DNA of 63,807 nt, filler included, from Octopus bimaculoides (taxonomy: Eukaryota), in NCBI RefSeq assembly GCF_001194135.2. It is 9 parts of 8 records of this genome, joined end to end, with 100 filler letters (N's around TTAATTAATTAA, not from the genome) between each part and the next. Parts side by side here need not be neighbours in the genome. Positions count along the whole stretch, not along the records: positions 62,261 to 63,807 come from NW_026413336.1; 8 more parts are not named here. The stretch is one strand, 5' to 3'. Shown here piece by piece: positions 62,442 to 63,807 of the stretch; the first letter of the stretch is position 1, and each line of letters starts with the position of its first letter. The notes under the pieces are model-generated. The model searched no databases. It saw only the letters and a program-made list of their open reading frames with translations, and was not told the origin of the DNA. The position numbers and the translations under genes were made by a program.

Positions 62442-62529
62442 TGCTGTGCGCACGTTTCATGCTACTCCATTTATTTAAGTAATGCGAGCATTACATTAAA
62501 TGCAATATATAGAGCAATCTTCAGCTGCA
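62442..62529 (-). ncRNA. Decayed second copy of the 54824-54912 hammerhead family
   Basis: 62407-62545 aligns to 54786-54930. CTGAAGA and GAAAC are kept, but the triplet is GCA and stem I is mismatched. Confidence 0.55.
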
Positions 62530-63807
62530 CAAAAATGTAGAAAAATTACAGTAGAATAGACATATTATAATCCAAGTGGGAAGAAGAATACATAAAAATC
62601 CATCTTGACATAGCCAAGGCCAGCAGGCTAGTAATTAGTTCTAGGTAGAATTCTAATTGTCTCTGATTTTATTATCTCTTATCTAGTGGTTATAGTATAA
62701 GGGGCAACCACTTCTAAGGAAAGGAAAGGCGTAAGCATTATACATGGATATGGTTATAAAAGTTTCTCTGGTCAGAGTGGCAACACTATTTTAGGGGAAT
62801 TAAACCTTAAGCATTTAGGTCAACAGGGCTTTTTCTTTAGTCTGAATAAAGCATCAGTATTGTTTTACATATACTAAGTATGGGAAATTTATAGATATCA
62901 ATATTAGCTTTATTAATATGTTAATAATAAGAAGTATGTTAATAATAAAAATGTAACTAGTTTATACAAAAACCCTGAAGTAGTGTCAATTTTGAATTTA
63001 AAGGCTATAGATAAGGTGTAAAGTTTAAGAATATTATATATATTGGGCTCAGAAAACTATTTTGATTTATTAAAAAAAATTTTTTAATTTAAGCTAATAT
63101 ATATAATAATGCTATTTAAAAGACACATAAAAGATAAGCTTTATTTTTTATAATGTAAAGAATTAGTATAGGATTTATATAGTTTATAATAATGGGTCTA
63201 TTAATGTTTAAGGGACAAAAAAAAAATTGTTGGAATTAACAAGGACATCCAATATAGAAACATGATAATTGATTACTAGTTTAATTATACTAGTCATGAA
63301 CTTGTTTTAAGACTAACATGGGCTAATTACAGAATATTGATAGAATAAGGATTAGATTTATTTAAGTCAAAACATAGAATAAACACGACACTACCACTAC
63401 AAGCCCTGAAATAATGTAATAATAATAAGGATCCTTTTAGAGTCAAGCATTGAATAAAATAAAATAAAATTAAAATTTTGGGAACTAATTAAAAACATTA
63501 AGAACTTATAAAAACTTCCTATTCTTATAAGCTACGTAGGTTAAGATACATATTAAGAACCAACAGTAGTAGCAGAAGTAGTGTGAAAAAATACCTTTCA
63601 TGGAATAAAGTGGAAATCTTAGTTATCACAAGAAGATTGTATGTTAAGGTGAGAGATCAGAAATATATGTTATAAAGGTTCAATTTCCAATTTAAAATAT
63701 GTGCTAATTAGTAGCCCAAGATGAACATGGTAGAAATTGAAATACCATATTTTGATCATTTTAACTACTTTTTAAAAAATTTAAAAGTGCGAGTAGAGCA
63801 GTGTACA

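Noticed and set aside
62560-63807. NUMT (ND5/COX1-like words such as VHCST, NPEV)
   Set aside because: Matches are only 4-5 residues and do not extend under the invertebrate mitochondrial code.

Overview
Eukaryotic, AT-rich, repeat-saturated genomic DNA with 15 N-gaps. Eight gaps are 100-nt spacers containing an artificial TTAATTAATTAA linker. The SINE families and (AT)n/(CA)n/(CATA)n microsatellites look like an octopus genome; this is an inference and no search was run. I found no complete host gene, only weak candidate exons, so the window is probably intronic or intergenic. Almost every ORF in the track is a microsatellite or gap artefact, or a decayed transposon fragment. Recognisable elements: four Penelope-like (RT/GIY-YIG) fragments, several RTE LINEs, R4/Dong-like RLE LINE 3' ends, a Helitron Rep/Hel fragment, two non-autonomous Helentron/DINE-like copies, many Tc1/mariner, DD37D-type and pogo relics, a Merlin (ISXO2-like) element nested in a Tc1, and at least four tRNA-derived SINE families. 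The most notable signal is a set of about 10 type-I hammerhead-ribozyme (HHR) motifs in at least five unrelated short non-coding repeat families. Three of these families form long palindromes. Two palindromes are flanked by 11-bp direct repeats, one has a tRNA-derived Pol III head on each arm, and one carries the HHR at the apex of a ~370-nt hairpin. This suggests a Penelope-mobilised, ribozyme-bearing (retrozyme-like) non-autonomous retroelement system. All ribozyme calls come from folding by eye and are untested.
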